From Cyanobacteriota bacterium (GTDB lineage: Bacteria; Cyanobacteriota; Cyanobacteriia; PCC-6307; Cyanobiaceae), in contig JAYKGZ010000107.1 of NCBI GenBank assembly GCA_035284925.1, positions 18,134 to 82,133 of the forward strand: a stretch of 64,000 bases of DNA. The letters run 5' to 3'. The notes under the pieces were generated by a model, which saw only the letters and a program-made list of their open reading frames with translations, had not been told where the DNA came from and made no database searches. The position numbers and the translations under genes were made by a program. This document shows, in pieces, positions 54,718 through 64,000 of the stretch. Position 1 is the stretch's first letter. Each line of letters starts with the position of its first letter.

Positions 54718-55422
54718 ATGCCCGCTTTGCACGAACTTAGCGATTGTCACCTTGCCGTCCAGTGGCCGATCAGCAAGGAGGCCACTGAAGGCCCGCCGGT
54801 TGCAGCGTCTCTCCGGCTGGCGGTGATGGCCTCCGGAAACGGAAGCAACTTCGAAGCGGTGGCCACGGCCTGCATCGAGAAGCGTCTGGCCGGGCAGGTG
54901 GTGTTGCTGGTGGTGAACAACGCTGGCTGTGGGGCCACAACCCGGGCCGACCGGCTCGGGATCCCCTGGAGACTGCTTGACCATCGCCAGTTCGAGAGTC
55001 GTGAGGCGCTCGATCAAGCCCTGATCGAGGTCTTCGAGGGCCTGGCCGTGGATGTGGTGGTGATGGCCGGCTGGATGCGGATCGTCACCCCAACGCTGAT
55101 CAGGGCATTCCCAGACAGGATCGTGAACATCCACCCATCCCTTCTGCCCAGCTTCCGAGGCATGGATGCGGTTGGGCAGGCCCTAGCGGCTGGAGTCACG
55201 CTCGCGGGATGCACGGCCCATCTCGTGAGCGAGGAGGTGGATGCTGGTCGGATCCTGGTGCAGGCTGCCGTGCCAGTGCTCGCCGACGACGACCACGACA
55301 GCCTCAGCCAACGGATCCACAGCCAGGAACACCGAATCCTGCCCCTGGCCGTGCACCTGGCAGCCAACCGTCTGCGACGGCTCCATGCCCCTGGGGATCC
55401 CAGCGCGGGGAGTCAGGGGTAG
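54718..55422 (+). CDS. purN: phosphoribosylglycinamide formyltransferase
   Basis: LRLAVMASGNGSNFEAV...VVMAGWMRI...VNIHPSLLPSFRG...GCTAHLVSEEVDAGRIL. The start is uncertain: ATG 54718 or TTG 54727, giving an N-terminal extension of about 30 aa. Confidence 0.85.
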   Translation: MPALHELSDCHLAVQWPISKEATEGPPVAASLRLAVMASGNGSNFEAVATACIEKRLAGQVVLLVVNNAGCGATTRADRLGIPWRLLDHRQFESREALDQALIEVFEGLAVDVVVMAGWMRIVTPTLIRAFPDRIVNIHPSLLPSFRGMDAVGQALAAGVTLAGCTAHLVSEEVDAGRILVQAAVPVLADDDHDSLSQRIHSQEHRILPLAVHLAANRLRRLHAPGDPSAGSQG

Positions 55423-56495
55423 AAGGGCAGCAGCGGCAGTCCGTGCTGGGGTTCAAGACCCGCCATCAGATTCAGGCACTCCACGCCCTGGCCCGCCTGA
55501 CCCTTCACGAGATTGTCGATCGCACTCATCACGATCAGCTGACCGGTGCGTCGGTCGAGCTGCACGCTAAGGAGTGCTCGGTTGGTCTGCCGCACCCATC
55601 GAGTGGAGGGATACACGCCCACCGGCAGCACCTCCACACAGGCTGAATGGCGATAGCTGGCTCGAATGAGCGTTGTGCAGTCTTCGGCGGTCAGCCCGGG
55701 ATCGCGAAGACGGCAGTACACCGTGGCGAGCAGGCCCCGAACCATCGGCAACAGGTGAGGCGTGAACTGCACCCGGATCGTCTGACCGGCCAGGTGGCCG
55801 GCCGCCTGTTCGATTTCGCTGGTATGTCGATGGCCCACCACGCCATAGGGTGCGACCGCTTCCGCGGCTTCGGCCAGTAGCAGATGCTCCTTGGCGGCGC
55901 GGCCCCCACCGGATGTTCCTGTCTTGGCGTCGATCACAATGCCGCCAAGCTCGATCAGCCCCTGCTGGAGAAAGGGGAGCAGGGCCAGCAGACTCGCGGT
56001 GGGGAAGCATCCCGGGGCTGCCACCAGGCGAGCCGTCCGGATCCGGGCGCCCTCCCACTCCACCAGCCCATAGACCGCCTCCTGGCAGAGAGCATCGTCT
56101 GTCCGGGCCGGACCCTGGCGGGCCTCGCTGGCGTACACCTCCTGCCACTGAGGGAGTGACCGATAGCGGTAATCGGCGGAAAGATCCACCACACGCACGC
56201 CCCGATCGAGCAGTGGCGGCACCATCTGGGCAGCCAGGCCATTCGGCAGGCTGAGCACCGCCAGGTCCGCAGCAGCAGCGATGGCATCGGGGTCTGGGGT
56301 CTGAACCAGCGGGTCGCCTGGAAGAGGCAGAAACGGATTCAGTTCATTCCAGTGGCGGCCACTGCTGCGCTCACCGCCGAGAAAGGTGACGCCCAGGTGG
56401 GAATGCCCCTGCAGCAGTCGCACGGTCTGAAGACCGCCGTAACCGGTGGCACCGACGACCGCCACCCGATGGCCAGGCTTGGGGGATACAGCCAT
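55413..56495 (-). CDS. argC: N-acetyl-gamma-glutamyl-phosphate reductase
   Basis: VAVVGATGYGGLQTVRLL and the catalytic Cys in AAPGCFPTA. Start chosen at ATG 56495 (MAVSPKPGHRVAVVG); the track ORF extends 29 codons further. Confidence 0.9.
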   Translation of the reverse strand: MAVSPKPGHRVAVVGATGYGGLQTVRLLQGHSHLGVTFLGGERSSGRHWNELNPFLPLPGDPLVQTPDPDAIAAAADLAVLSLPNGLAAQMVPPLLDRGVRVVDLSADYRYRSLPQWQEVYASEARQGPARTDDALCQEAVYGLVEWEGARIRTARLVAAPGCFPTASLLALLPFLQQGLIELGGIVIDAKTGTSGGGRAAKEHLLLAEAAEAVAPYGVVGHRHTSEIEQAAGHLAGQTIRVQFTPHLLPMVRGLLATVYCRLRDPGLTAEDCTTLIRASYRHSACVEVLPVGVYPSTRWVRQTNRALLSVQLDRRTGQLIVMSAIDNLVKGQAGQGVECLNLMAGLEPQHGLPLLPFYP

Positions 56496-56571
56496 GGAAA
56501 GGGCCTGCATGCCTTCACTCCGGGCTTTATAAAGGATCCTTGCCATCCGGCCGTGGGCCGGAGCACCCGCC

Positions 56572-58278
56572 TTGACCGTCACCCGAGCCTCTCGCCCAGC
56601 CGCCGATCAACCAGCACGGCCTGCGGGAACGGGGGATTCAGCGGAACCTGTGCGCTTCGACGGGATCGCCGATGCCCTTGCCGCGATCAGAAACGGGGAG
56701 ATGGTGGTGGTAGTCGACGACGAGAACCGGGAAAACGAAGGCGATCTCATCTGCGCGGCCCAGTTCGCCACGCCTCAACAGATCAACTTCATGGCCACGG
56801 AGGCGCGGGGGCTGATCTGTCTGGCGCTGGAAGGGGAACGCCTCGATGTGCTCGATCTGCCGCTCATGGTGGATCGCAATACCGATGACAACCAGACCGC
56901 CTTCACGGTGAGTGTGGATGCAGGCCCGGAAAACGGCGTGAGCACCGGGATTTCAGCCGAGGATCGAGCACGCACCATCCAGGTGGCGATTCATCCGGAA
57001 AGCCGGCCATCGGATCTGCGCCGACCCGGACACATCTTTCCGCTTCGAGCCCGGGATGGTGGGGTTCTCAAGCGCGCGGGCCACACCGAAGCCGCGGTTG
57101 ACCTGGCCAGGCTGGCGGGACTTTATCCAGCCGGGGTGATCTGTGAGATCCAGAACACCGATGGCTCAATGGCCCGGCTTTCCCAGCTGGTCGCCTATGC
57201 GAACCGTCATGGGCTGCGTCTGATCTCGATCGCCGACCTGATCCGCTATCGCCTTGACACGGAACGGTTCGTGAAGCGACAGGCGGAGGCAGCGATGCCC
57301 AGCAGCTTTGGGACATTCCGCGCCATCGGTTATCGCAATGAATTGGATGGGAGTGAACACGTCGCCATCGTGAAAGGCCATCCGGAGCGCGCAGATGATG
57401 CGGTGCTGGTGCGCGTGCACAGTGAATGTCTCACGGGAGATGCCTTCGGCTCACTCCGGTGTGACTGCCGGCCGCAGCTTGAATCCGCTCTGCGGATGAT
57501 CGAAAAGGCTGGCGAGGGCGTGGTTGTTTACCTTCGCCAGGAAGGGCGGGGTATCGGCCTGGTGAACAAACTCAAGGCCTATTCGCTGCAGGACACGGGC
57601 CTCGACACGGTGGAGGCGAATGAACGTCTCGGCTTTCCCCCGGACCTCCGCAACTATGGAGTCGGGGCTCAGATCCTCAGCGACCTCGGCGTGCACCGTC
57701 TGCGGCTGATCACCAACAATCCCCGTAAAATCGCAGGCCTGGGTGGCTACGGCCTCACAGTCGTGGACCGGGTGCCCCTTGTGATGGATGCCGGTGTGCA
57801 CAACGCCGCCTATCTCCGGGCAAAACGGCTCAAGCTTGGCCACCTCATGGAGACTGCACCCAGTTGCCTGCTCAGCCCGATGGCGGTGCTGGGCTGGCAG
57901 TTGTCCGAACCGGAGGATTCGGTGCCACAGGTTCTGATTCAGGAGCTTCAGACGGTTTCTGAGGCCCGGGGCCTGTGTGTGGAGAGGGAGGAGGATCCGC
58001 GGCTGCGGGCACTGCTGAACCAGCCCCATGGGGTTGTACGGGTGAGTTCCGCGGCAGAAGGCAGCCGGTTGGCGGGGGAGGCTCTGCTGGAGCTCTTGGC
58101 ACGGATCGCCGGCTGTCCCAGCATCCAGAGCGTGGGTCTGCTGCTGGCTCCTGAGGGACAGAAGGGGGCCCACCCTCCTGCCGATCTCACCGTTGAGCAC
58201 CACTCTCTGGCCGAGCTGAGATCTGCCCGGGCCGAAGGCCTGGGCGTGGATCGAGCCCGACTGCTGCGCTGGAGCTAA
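56572..58278 (+). CDS. ribBA: bifunctional 3,4-dihydroxy-2-butanone-4-phosphate synthase / GTP cyclohydrolase II
   Basis: DHBPS reads [20 protein letters not shown] reads [23 protein letters not shown] and ITNNPRK. There is also a C-terminal extension of about 140 aa. Start TTG 56572, or in-frame GTG 56650. Confidence 0.9.
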   Translation: MTVTRASRPAADQPARPAGTGDSAEPVRFDGIADALAAIRNGEMVVVVDDENRENEGDLICAAQFATPQQINFMATEARGLICLALEGERLDVLDLPLMVDRNTDDNQTAFTVSVDAGPENGVSTGISAEDRARTIQVAIHPESRPSDLRRPGHIFPLRARDGGVLKRAGHTEAAVDLARLAGLYPAGVICEIQNTDGSMARLSQLVAYANRHGLRLISIADLIRYRLDTERFVKRQAEAAMPSSFGTFRAIGYRNELDGSEHVAIVKGHPERADDAVLVRVHSECLTGDAFGSLRCDCRPQLESALRMIEKAGEGVVVYLRQEGRGIGLVNKLKAYSLQDTGLDTVEANERLGFPPDLRNYGVGAQILSDLGVHRLRLITNNPRKIAGLGGYGLTVVDRVPLVMDAGVHNAAYLRAKRLKLGHLMETAPSCLLSPMAVLGWQLSEPEDSVPQVLIQELQTVSEARGLCVEREEDPRLRALLNQPHGVVRVSSAAEGSRLAGEALLELLARIAGCPSIQSVGLLLAPEGQKGAHPPADLTVEHHSLAELRSARAEGLGVDRARLLRWS

Positions 58279-58308
58279 TCACGCCCACATTGACCAAGAG
58301 GTGGATGG

Positions 58309-58749
58309 TCAGCGCTGAATCGTCACCTTTTTGATGCGGCTGCCGTTCTTGAGAGCCAGCACCACGTCCATGTTTCCGGTGTGACCGAACACCGTGTGCT
58401 GGCCATCGAGGTGGGGCTGGGCTCCATGGCAGATGTAAAACTGCGAGCCACCGGTGTTGCGGCCTGCATGGGCCATGGCCAGGCTTCCGGCCTGGTGCTT
58501 CTGGCTGTTGATCTCGCAGGGGATTGTGTACCCCGGACCGCCGGTTCCGGCCATGCCGCGGGAACCTTCCCGGCTGTTGGGACAGCCCCCCTGGGCCATG
58601 AAGCCGGGGATCACACGGTGGAAGGCCAGCCCGTCGTAGAAACCCGACTCGGCGAGCTTCACGAAATTGGCAACAGTGCCCGGAGCATCGGTTTCGAAAA
58701 GCTCCAGCTCGATGGTGCCGGCATCCGTATCCATCAGGGCTTTGGTCAC
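58309..58749 (-). CDS. peptidyl-prolyl cis-trans isomerase (cyclophilin type)
   Basis: 146 aa with a GTG start. [13 protein letters not shown]...GPGY...[13 protein letters not shown]...LDGQHTVFG. Confidence 0.88.
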   Translation of the reverse strand: MTKALMDTDAGTIELELFETDAPGTVANFVKLAESGFYDGLAFHRVIPGFMAQGGCPNSREGSRGMAGTGGPGYTIPCEINSQKHQAGSLAMAHAGRNTGGSQFYICHGAQPHLDGQHTVFGHTGNMDVVLALKNGSRIKKVTIQR

Positions 58750-58827
58750 AGGGCGTCGGGTCGGTGAAACCGCACTGTATGGGGCGGACCCACCAGGAGA
58801 ATAGGTGGATTCCCTTCAACCTTGCCG

Positions 58828-59757
58828 ATGAGTGCATCCGCACCGCCTCGACCATCCCATGGCGTTGATCTGAGCGGCGCGCGGCTCGGCATCCTCGGCG
58901 GCAGCGGGCTTTATGCCATGGAGGGTCTTGAGGACCCCTGCGACCTGACTCTCGAGACACCATTCGGCCGGCCTTCTGACAGCCTGCGTCTCGGGCGCCT
59001 GGGCGATCTCGAAGTGGTGTTCCTGGCCCGTCATGGCCGTCATCACAGCTACACCCCGTCGGAAGTCCCCTATCGGGCCAATCTCTGGGCCCTGCGCTCC
59101 CTGAACGTCCGCTGGATCCTGTCGGTGTCAGCCGTTGGTTCTCTCCAGGAGCCACTGGCACCCCTCGACATGCTGGTGCCTGATCAGTTCATTGATCGCA
59201 CCCAGCAACGTCCTCTGAGTTTCTTTGGCGACGGTCTTGTGGCCCACGTCACCAATGCTGATCCGTTCTGTCCAGTTCTTTCCAGGATCCTGGCGGATGT
59301 GGCCGAGAGCCTGATGCCAGCTGGCCGTCAGCTGCACCGCGGCGGTACCTATCTGTGTATGGAGGGCCCGGCCTTCTCCACCCGTGCGGAATCCCAGCTC
59401 TACAGAAGCTGGGGGTGCAGCGTGATCGGCATGACCAACCACAGCGAGGCCAGACTCGCCCGTGAGGCCGAGATTGCCTACAGCACCCTGGCGATGGTGA
59501 CCGACTACGACTGCTGGCACAACGATCACGATTCGGTGAGCGTGGATCTTGTGGTGGAGAACCTGCGGCAGAACGCAAGTCTGGCCCAGACGATCGTGAA
59601 GGCCGCCGCTGAACGGGTGGGGGCGATGCGCCCCTCGAGCGGGTCCCATCAGGCGCTGCGCAGTGCTCTGATGACACCAAAGGAACAGGTGTCGCCTCAG
59701 ACACGCCAGCGGCTGGATCTGTTCACTGCCCCTTACTGGGGCCCTTTTTCGGCCTGA
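58828..59757 (+). CDS. mtnP: S-methyl-5'-thioadenosine phosphorylase
   Basis: LGILGGSGLY...FLARHGRHH...YRANLWALRSLNV..ILSVSAVGSL...GMTNHSEARLAREAEIAYSTLAMVTDYDCW. ATG 58828; the track start is TTG 58822. Confidence 0.85.
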   Translation: MSASAPPRPSHGVDLSGARLGILGGSGLYAMEGLEDPCDLTLETPFGRPSDSLRLGRLGDLEVVFLARHGRHHSYTPSEVPYRANLWALRSLNVRWILSVSAVGSLQEPLAPLDMLVPDQFIDRTQQRPLSFFGDGLVAHVTNADPFCPVLSRILADVAESLMPAGRQLHRGGTYLCMEGPAFSTRAESQLYRSWGCSVIGMTNHSEARLAREAEIAYSTLAMVTDYDCWHNDHDSVSVDLVVENLRQNASLAQTIVKAAAERVGAMRPSSGSHQALRSALMTPKEQVSPQTRQRLDLFTAPYWGPFSA

Positions 59758-60677
59758 AGGCTGGACCCACAGGCGTTCAGGGCGGATCGGAGGGAAGGCC
59801 CATGGCAATCAAGGGCTGCTCGGGCTTCCCCCGCTCCCAGGCCACTGGCTGCCATCAGCAGGGCGAGCTTCACGGAGCCTGCGCTCTGCTGGAGCAGTTC
59901 CGAGGCGCGCGAGCGCTCCACTCCGGCCAGGTCCTGGAGGATGCGCAGGGCCCGGTCTTCGAGCTTGGCATTGGTGACAGCCACATCCACCATCCGATTG
60001 CCATGCACCTTGCCCAGCCTCACCATCACACCGGTGCTGATGATGTTGAGGGCCATCTTGGTGGCGGTGCCGGCCTTCAGACGCGTTGATCCGGTGAGAA
60101 GTTCCGGCCCGGTGAGCAGGCGAATATCAACATCACAAGGCATCACGGCCTGAGTGGCCGGAACGCAGGCGATCGCCACGGCCAGAGCGCCGATGGATCG
60201 GGCCTGGGAGAGCCCACCCAGCACGTAGGGGGTTGTTCCTCCGGCGGCAATCCCGATGAGGCAGTCCTTGTTGGAGAAGCCGCGGCTGAGCAGATCATCC
60301 CGACCGGCATCGAACCGGTCTTCCAGGCCTTCGGAACTGCGCAGCAGAGCCGGGGGGCCTCCGGCCAGCACTCCCTGCACAAGCTCAGGATCACTGCAGA
60401 AGGTGGGCGGACACTCCGCCGCATCGAGGACGCCGAGGCGTCCTGACGTTCCGGCGCCCTGGTAGAAGAGTCGGCCACCACGGCTCAGACGATCCGCGAT
60501 CGCATCAATGGCCCGCACGATCGCGTCCGCGGCGCCAGCCACAGCGCGCTGCGGCTGGAGATCGTTCTCCACGAACAGTCGAACCAGATCGGGGGTCGTG
60601 AGAAGGTCGAGGCTGGTACTGGCTGGATGGCTCTGCTCGGTGAGCAGATGACCCCGATCGCCGCCAGGCTGGCTCAA
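59733..60677 (-). CDS. murQ: N-acetylmuramic acid 6-phosphate etherase
   Basis: 314 aa with a TTG start, forming a TTGA overlap with the upstream stop. SIS domain GGRLFYQGAGTSGRLGVLDAAECPPTF...GPELLTGSTRLKAGTATKMALN...GKVHGNRMVDV. Confidence 0.88.
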   Translation of the reverse strand: MSQPGGDRGHLLTEQSHPASTSLDLLTTPDLVRLFVENDLQPQRAVAGAADAIVRAIDAIADRLSRGGRLFYQGAGTSGRLGVLDAAECPPTFCSDPELVQGVLAGGPPALLRSSEGLEDRFDAGRDDLLSRGFSNKDCLIGIAAGGTTPYVLGGLSQARSIGALAVAIACVPATQAVMPCDVDIRLLTGPELLTGSTRLKAGTATKMALNIISTGVMVRLGKVHGNRMVDVAVTNAKLEDRALRILQDLAGVERSRASELLQQSAGSVKLALLMAASGLGAGEARAALDCHGPSLRSALNACGSSLQAEKGPQ

Positions 60678-61096
60678 AGCAGTCCCTCCAGCTGGCGGCG
60701 GAAGGCTTCCAGTTCGGGATCCAGAGAGCGGATCGGTTCGGCCTCGGCCTTGTGGGGGATCTCAGTGGAATCCACCTCCTCGTCCTGCCAGTTGCTCACA
60801 TCAAGGTTGTGCTCCGGGGGAGCCAGCAGCAGACGCTCCTCCGCTGTCTGGGGCAGGAACCCCCCGGGAACGAAGCGCGCTTCATAGCCGGCCTGTTGGC
60901 AGAACGCCTCCATTTCATCCCTGTTCAGCGCTTCAACACTGGGAGTGGGAAAATCCTGAGCTTCCAGCAACCCGGCATAGCGCTCGGCATCATCGCGTTT
61001 CTCGAACAGCAGCACCACGGTGCGACCGTTCAGCTCCAGCGAGTGGATCCCTTCCTGGTCACTGCCCGCATCAAACAGCAGCACGTGCACTGACAT
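60674..61096 (-). CDS. DUF3110-family protein
   Basis: MSVHVLLFDAGSDQEGIHSLELNGRTVVLLFEKRDDAERYAGLLEAQDFPTPSVEALNRDEMEAFC matches the cyanobacterial/plastid DUF3110 pattern. Start chosen at ATG 61096. The track ORF starts at GTG 61156, immediately after the dnaJ-like stop. Confidence 0.6.
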   Translation of the reverse strand: MSVHVLLFDAGSDQEGIHSLELNGRTVVLLFEKRDDAERYAGLLEAQDFPTPSVEALNRDEMEAFCQQAGYEARFVPGGFLPQTAEERLLLAPPEHNLDVSNWQDEEVDSTEIPHKAEAEPIRSLDPELEAFRRQLEGLL

Positions 61097-61156
61097 GGGA
61101 TCCGGCGAGGAGGCTGGGGCCATCAGTTTCTCATCGACGGGCTGCCTGGGGAGCAC

Positions 61157-62074
61157 TCAGCGGCGCGTGCTGGCCAGATCCTGGAGCCTGCGGTAAAGCG
61201 CCCGCTCATCGTCTCCGATCGCCTCAGGCACCACCACCCTCACCTCAACATATTGATCACCACAGCGGTCGCCGACCCGGAGCCCGCGCCCCCGCAGTCG
61301 CAGCAGTCGACCGCTGGAGGACCCTGAGGGGATGTTCAGTTTCACGGGCCCTTCCAGGGTCGGAACGATCACGTTGCAGCCAAGAACCGCATCAGCCGGA
61401 TTCAGATCCAGTTGGTAGTTCACCCGCAGACCATCGATTCTCAGACCCTCCGGGGTGCGCACCTGCAGCTGGAGAAAATGGTCGGCACCACCCGGTACCA
61501 CCCCAGCGAGGCGCAGACGCCAGCCATCGCCAGCCAGTGGAGGGGTCCACACCTCCACGCAGGTACCGTCGCGGAGCACCAGCTCGAGCCGTTCGCCAGC
61601 CAGGGCCTGCTCGGGTGTGAGCGCAACAACGGTCTCCTCGTCGTTGGAGGCCGTGACCGGGGGCGGCGGCGGTGGCGAATAGGTAACGCCGCTGGGGGGC
61701 GGTGGTTCAGGCGCCGACGCTTCGAACTCCTCTTCGGCAGGCACGGATTCCCCTGACCTTCGTCGGCTTCCACGCCCATCGAGGGCCTCCAGGTAGTCGA
61801 AGAAGGCGGGGAACCCGCTGGCGAAGGCATCGGCTGGCGGGGATTGATCCAGGTCGATCCCGGCTTCCCAGGCCTCCCTTCGCCTGGGATCTGAAAGCAC
61901 CGCATAGGCCTCGTTCACGAGCTTGAAGCGTTCCTCGGCAATCGGATCGCTTCCATTGAGATCCGGATGCCAGCGACGCGCCTGGGCACGAAAAGCACGC
62001 TTGAGGGCCTGGAGATCGGCCCCCGGAGCGAGCCCGAGAACGGCCCAGTGATCAGGCTGGCTGGTGCGCTTCAC
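61157..62074 (-). CDS. DnaJ-like co-chaperone (J domain plus DnaJ C-terminal domains, no zinc finger)
   Basis: 305 aa with a GTG start. DHWAVLGLAPGADLQALKRAFRAQARRWHPDLN...FKLVNEAYAVLSD (HPD motif). Pro-rich linker. C-terminal beta-sandwich repeats (LELVLRDG...VKLNIPSGSSSGRLLRLRGRG). Confidence 0.75.
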   Translation of the reverse strand: MKRTSQPDHWAVLGLAPGADLQALKRAFRAQARRWHPDLNGSDPIAEERFKLVNEAYAVLSDPRRREAWEAGIDLDQSPPADAFASGFPAFFDYLEALDGRGSRRRSGESVPAEEEFEASAPEPPPPSGVTYSPPPPPPVTASNDEETVVALTPEQALAGERLELVLRDGTCVEVWTPPLAGDGWRLRLAGVVPGGADHFLQLQVRTPEGLRIDGLRVNYQLDLNPADAVLGCNVIVPTLEGPVKLNIPSGSSSGRLLRLRGRGLRVGDRCGDQYVEVRVVVPEAIGDDERALYRRLQDLASTRR

Positions 62075-62079
62075 CGGAA

Positions 62080-64000
62080 TCAGACGTCACCCCAGGGATC
62101 GCGGTCGTCCCAGGCGGGTGGAGGCACGGTTCGCGGTGTGGCTGGCCGAGGTGAGGACCAGCGGTCCTCGTCCCGACGTCGTTGGACCTCCTGATCGGCC
62201 TCATAACGGCCCCTGCTGGATGGGCTGGACGACCAGGAGTCCCTGCCGGTTCGATCCCAGTCGTCCCAGTCGTCATCGGCGAAAAGTTCATCCTTGAGGG
62301 ATCCAAGGGTGTTCCTGATGCCCTGGAGCGGATTGCTGTCGCTCTTGCGCTCGGCAAGGATGCGTCGGTTCAAGCCGAACAGCGCTTCCTGCAGCTGGCT
62401 CACGCCCAGATCCAGTTCGCCGGGATCGGCAGCGCCCCGCTCCTCCAGCACCAGGAGGTCCTGAAGATCCCGCAGCGCGGAATCGACAGCCCGTTGCTGC
62501 CGTTCTGCTCCAGTTGGCCCGAGTTCGAGCGCCGCATCGCGCAGACGCCGCTCCGCCTGGGCGGCCAGGGTCTGAGCACGGTTGCGTCGATCGATGGCCA
62601 GCCGCTTGCGGCGATCATCAGCCGCCTTCTGCTCCGCCTCGGCGATCAGCCGCGCCACCTCCTCCTCGCTGAGGTTGGATCCTCCCTGGATACTCACGCT
62701 CTGCTGACGGCCGGTGGTGCGGTCGGTGGCTGAAACCTGAAGCAGGCCGTTGGCGTCGATGTCAAAGGAGACCTGAACCTGGGGCACCCCTCGAGGGGCG
62801 GGGGGAATGCCGGAGAGACGGAAGCGGCCGAGGCTCTTGTTGTCGTTGGCCATCTGCCGCTCCCCCTGGAGCACGTGCACTTCCACGGAGCTCTGATTGG
62901 CCTCCGATGTGCTGAACAGATCACTCCTGCGCACGGGGATCGGTGTGTTTCGGGGGATCAGCACCTTCATCACGCCCCCGATCGTCTCCAGACCGAGGGA
63001 AAGCGGTGTCACGTCATTGAGCATCAGATCACGGAGTTCCCCGGTGAGGATTCCGGCCTGCACCGCGGCACCGATCGCCACCACCTCATCGGGGTTCACC
63101 GATTGACAAGGCTCCAGCGGGATCAGGGTGCGCACCATCTGCTGAACCATCGGCATGCGGGTGGATCCGCCTACCAGGGCCACATCATCGATGTCGTCGA
63201 CCGCGAAGCCACAATCGCGCAGTGCACGCTGCACCGGCCGCAGCAGCCTGTCGAGCAGATCTGGACAAAGGCTCTCGAATGTTCCTCGCTCGAGGGTGGT
63301 TTCGATGTGCAACGGTCCACCGTCGCCGGTGGCGATGAACGGCAGGGAGATCGGGGTGCTGAGAACACCGCTGAGCTCGATCTTGGCTTTCTCCGCCGCT
63401 TCAGTGAGACGTTGCAGGGCCTGACGGTCTCGTCTCAGGTCGATGCCGTGCTGGGCCTGGAAGCCATCGGCAAGCCAGTCCACGATCCGACGATCCCAGT
63501 CGTTGCCACCCAACTGGGTATCGCCGCTGGTCGCCTTCACGTCAAACACGCCCTGGGCGATGCGGAGCACCGAAACATCGAAGGTGCCGCCGCCGAGATC
63601 GAAGACCAGAACACGCCTTACTGTGCTGCGGTCGAAGCCGTAGGCCAGAGCCGCCGCGGTGGGCTCGTTGAGAATTCTCTCCACGGTGATGCCCGCAAGC
63701 CGTCCGGCATCACGGGTCGCCTGGCGCTGGGCATCGTTGAAGTACGCCGGCACGGTGATCACGGCGGCCTCCACGGGTTCACCGAGGTAAGTGGCAGCGT
63801 CGTCACAGAGCTTCCGCAGAATGCTGGCCAGCAGTTCCTCAGGTGCGTATTCGCGCTCGGTGGCCGGACAGACCACCCTCACGTTGCCCTGTTCATTGGC
63901 ACGCACGGTGTAGGGAACAGACAGGCTCCCCTCGTCGAGCTCCTGCCACTGGCGCCCGACGAAGCGCTTCAGGTTGGCGAAGGTGTTGCGAGGGTTCAGC
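62080..64000 (-). CDS. dnaK: Hsp70 chaperone DnaK (DnaK3-like, long C-terminal tail); 5' end beyond the right edge
   Basis: The frame stays open to position 64000 (...[38 protein letters not shown]...). [30 protein letters not shown] and VGGSTRMP. The 'M' at 63906 in the track is an internal GTG. Confidence 0.92.
   Translation of the reverse strand, partial: LNPRNTFANLKRFVGRQWQELDEGSLSVPYTVRANEQGNVRVVCPATEREYAPEELLASILRKLCDDAATYLGEPVEAAVITVPAYFNDAQRQATRDAGRLAGITVERILNEPTAAALAYGFDRSTVRRVLVFDLGGGTFDVSVLRIAQGVFDVKATSGDTQLGGNDWDRRIVDWLADGFQAQHGIDLRRDRQALQRLTEAAEKAKIELSGVLSTPISLPFIATGDGGPLHIETTLERGTFESLCPDLLDRLLRPVQRALRDCGFAVDDIDDVALVGGSTRMPMVQQMVRTLIPLEPCQSVNPDEVVAIGAAVQAGILTGELRDLMLNDVTPLSLGLETIGGVMKVLIPRNTPIPVRRSDLFSTSEANQSSVEVHVLQGERQMANDNKSLGRFRLSGIPPAPRGVPQVQVSFDIDANGLLQVSATDRTTGRQQSVSIQGGSNLSEEEVARLIAEAEQKAADDRRKRLAIDRRNRAQTLAAQAERRLRDAALELGPTGAERQQRAVDSALRDLQDLLVLEERGAADPGELDLGVSQLQEALFGLNRRILAERKSDSNPLQGIRNTLGSLKDELFADDDWDDWDRTGRDSWSSSPSSRGRYEADQEVQRRRDEDRWSSPRPATPRTVPPPAWDDRDPWGDV

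Noticed and set aside
54355-55134. 259-aa minus-strand track ORF overlapping purN.
   Set aside because: Only 54355-54711 (Ycf35/DUF1257, GTG start) is real. The remainder is antisense to the well-supported purN frame.
57850-58278. C-terminal extension of about 140 aa on RibBA beyond the GTP cyclohydrolase II domain.
   Set aside because: From memory, cyanobacterial RibBA proteins are generally about 550 aa and carry such an extension, so this is probably family-typical rather than novel. It is worth a quick alignment check only.
1-64000. Search for CRISPR arrays, IS elements or transposases, integrases, phage genes, toxin-antitoxin pairs, restriction-modification or other defence modules, and rRNA or tRNA genes.
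   Set aside because: None found. Every ORF of meaningful size is assigned to a housekeeping or conserved cyanobacterial family. I noticed no direct-repeat arrays or terminal inverted repeats while reading. Long-range repeats cannot be excluded without a computational self-comparison (dot plot).

Overview
This looks like a high-GC chromosomal segment from a cluster-5 picocyanobacterium (marine or estuarine Synechococcus/Cyanobium type). The lineage call rests on gene content: apcD, pxcA/cemA, hemJ, ycf35, Psb32-like and CCB-like proteins, a cyanobacterial-type hfq divergent from dapF, a dnaK/dnaJ pair with a DnaK3-like tail, and DUF1995/DUF3110/DUF4330 genes.

The window is densely packed core genome. 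I count about 60 protein genes. Many junctions are translationally coupled (ATGA/GTGA/TTGA overlaps), and there are several 3' convergent overlaps.

- **Translation:** metG, pheT, leuS, rpsR, rpmG, an RNase II-family enzyme and an RlmD-like methyltransferase.
- **Cobalamin-related:** cobU (partial), cobN and B12-dependent metH.
- **Amino-acid, nucleotide and cofactor synthesis:** ilvE, dapF, argC, purN, ribBA, coaD and hemJ.
- **Cell wall:** dacB, murQ, a SpoIID-like protein and a family-2 amidase.
- **DNA repair:** uvrC and an Fe-S (6-4)-type photolyase/cryptochrome.
- **Chaperones:** dnaK, a dnaJ-like gene and a second J-domain protein.

I found no rRNA, tRNA, CRISPR array, transposase, integrase or phage gene, and no recognisable defence or toxin-antitoxin module. 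I do not see a convincing novel multi-gene system, and the window reads as ordinary core genome.

The most unusual items are:
1. The only large gene-free gap (14606-15351), which lies between two convergent genes and is rich in hairpins. It is a candidate sRNA locus.
2. A protein that fuses an N-terminal ribbon-helix-helix motif to a C-terminal J domain.
3. A DapF with an 84-aa Cys-containing C-terminal tail.
4. Kilobase-scale low-GC patches that cut through metH, cobN, leuS and pxcA.
5. A tightly coupled string of uvrC, a small exported protein, the Fe-S photolyase, hemJ and a PHP phosphoesterase.

All start codons are hand-chosen. The ORF track uses the longest ATG/GTG/TTG ORF, which often over-extends N-termini. 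Family names for the DUF proteins come from memory of sequence patterns and need a database check.
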